From assembly GCF_018350175.1 (NCBI RefSeq), contig NC_058376.1, forward strand, positions 58,404,001-58,468,000: a DNA stretch of 64,000 nt. The letters are read 5' to 3'. Positions 62,360 to 64,000 of the stretch are shown here, piece after piece (position 1 is the stretch's first letter; the number at the start of each line of letters is the position of its first letter). Under the pieces are notes generated by a model that saw only the letters and a program-made list of their open reading frames with translations, was not told the origin of the DNA and searched no databases. The stretch comes from Felis catus (Eukaryota). The translations under genes and the position numbers were made by a program.

Positions 62360-64000
62360 GTAGGAACAACACATTTCTCCGAGAAAAATACTACTGCCAT
62401 TGAGCATGGCAATGGAGATATATTTCTGCTCTAACCAATTGGAGCAAATGCCAGTGTCTTTATGGATTAACTTATTTTAATGGTCTGTAAACTTTCACCT
62501 TGTGATTTAGGGCTATTGCAAATGCAGCCCTAAAAAGACCTTCTTTAATGGTCTTTGTGCCACCCTGACAATGCTGGTGGAAAAAGAAACTAGTGGTAAC
62601 TAAACTCTTCAGATGTAATAATCTAGCAGGAAAACAAATCAAAAATAGTAGTTGGCTTTCTTGTAATGTCTTGTAATTATTTTGTGGCTTTCCATTGGGG
62701 ATTTTATTTGGTCACTCTTTATAACTCTACTTTCAAAATATGTATTTAAAAATAATACATGTATTCGAGAATATTGTATATTTTTCATGTCTCTTATGAT
62801 CTTTTAAGTTCCCACTTCACATCCTCATATTGAGCCCATTCTTTCCTTTGGTTTTAGGTATAGTTTAGAACTCCATTTCTCTGGCCTGGTATTTTCATTG
62901 ATGTTCCATGCCTGTATAAATAAATAAATGAATGAATGAAAGTATTCTAAAATTAGTACTGTATAATTCATGTTTGCACTGAAGTTTTCTCTTTCCCCTC
63001 ACTCCTGTAGTCTGAGTGTATAGAAGCATAGAGAGGATATGTGTTATTTAACCGAAATCTGATTTCATAATTCCTAATATTTCATTCCAGTAATTATTTT
63101 AGTAAAATAGTGTGCTTACATCGTTATTAGGTTTGTTTACTTATAACAATCATTTAGTTAGTGTCTACTTTGCCAGAAAAGATAGTATGGTTTAATAGAA
63201 AGAATGCTGGCCCGGAATTCAAGAATTATGGGTACTAGAATCCGTTCCAGCAATAACTGTGACAAGATGAGTCAGCTGATAAACACTGGACCTATTTTCT
63301 TCATCATAAAAAAGGAGGAGGATGAACTAAAGATAATGTCTGAATCCTTTCTAGGACTAATGGCCTAAAAATCTGTTCATCTACATGGTTAGAATAATAG
63401 TTTCACTAACATTCACTCAATATGTCTAGAAAATATAGCTTTCAGAAATTAATATATAAATACAAAAAACCTTTTAGATTTTATTCAACATATTAGCAGA
63501 GATTATGTCAGTTAAATGGATTTAGTGTTACTCTTTTTTATCATATTGAGTTTCATTTTCCTACTCAGAACTTTTAAAAATCTATTCTGACTTAACTGTT
63601 ATTCTGAAGACTGGAGTATCTTTTCCAAGTAGACATTCTAGCACTATGACTGGGTGCTGTAAAATATACAACAAATTCTAAAACATGGCTGTTGTTCTTA
63701 AAGATCAGGTTGGGGAAACAAGACAAAAAACATAAGAAATTAGGCAGAAATACTCAACAGAATATACCGTGTCAAAAGGAATAGCATACTTAGTTGCACA
63801 AGGTGAGAGAAAACTGGGGATTGAAGTGGATAAAAAAACACTTCATAAAGGCACACTGATGTTAGGATTGGGGTAAGGAAGAAGATCTGTACAGGAAGGG
63901 AAACTACACTGATCAAAACACAATACAGTCAGAAAAATTGCCGTCGTTCTTTTTATCCGCCAGAGAATTTGAATCAAGAAATTGCCCTTTTACCAGTTCT

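Overview
Mammalian genomic DNA from a cat-family carnivore, judged by about 35 felid-type tRNA-derived Can-SINEs; the species cannot be determined from this window. The + strand carries the 3' part of PHLDB2 (LL5-beta). Eleven complete coding exons can be read from ...DADLLDVESK... to the PH-domain stop at 54394, followed by a 3' UTR of about 1.7 kb. One more exon starts just before an N-gap (14516), and another is probably hidden in the gap at 7510. About 3 kb after PHLDB2, a CpG-rich NRF1/GABP/YY1 promoter leads into ABHD10 exons 1-2. Exon numbers follow the human model from memory and are approximate. The main novel signal is a set of frame-preserving, phase-matched candidate exons in PHLDB2 introns. 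These are a 189-nt exon with a Crk-SH3-type PPLPAK motif and microexons of 15, 18, 21, 30 and 33 nt. A possible intronic polyadenylation site after exon 11 would remove the PH domain. All of these are sequence-only predictions and need RNA-seq or conservation tests. No CRISPR arrays, prokaryotic systems or true RNA genes were found.
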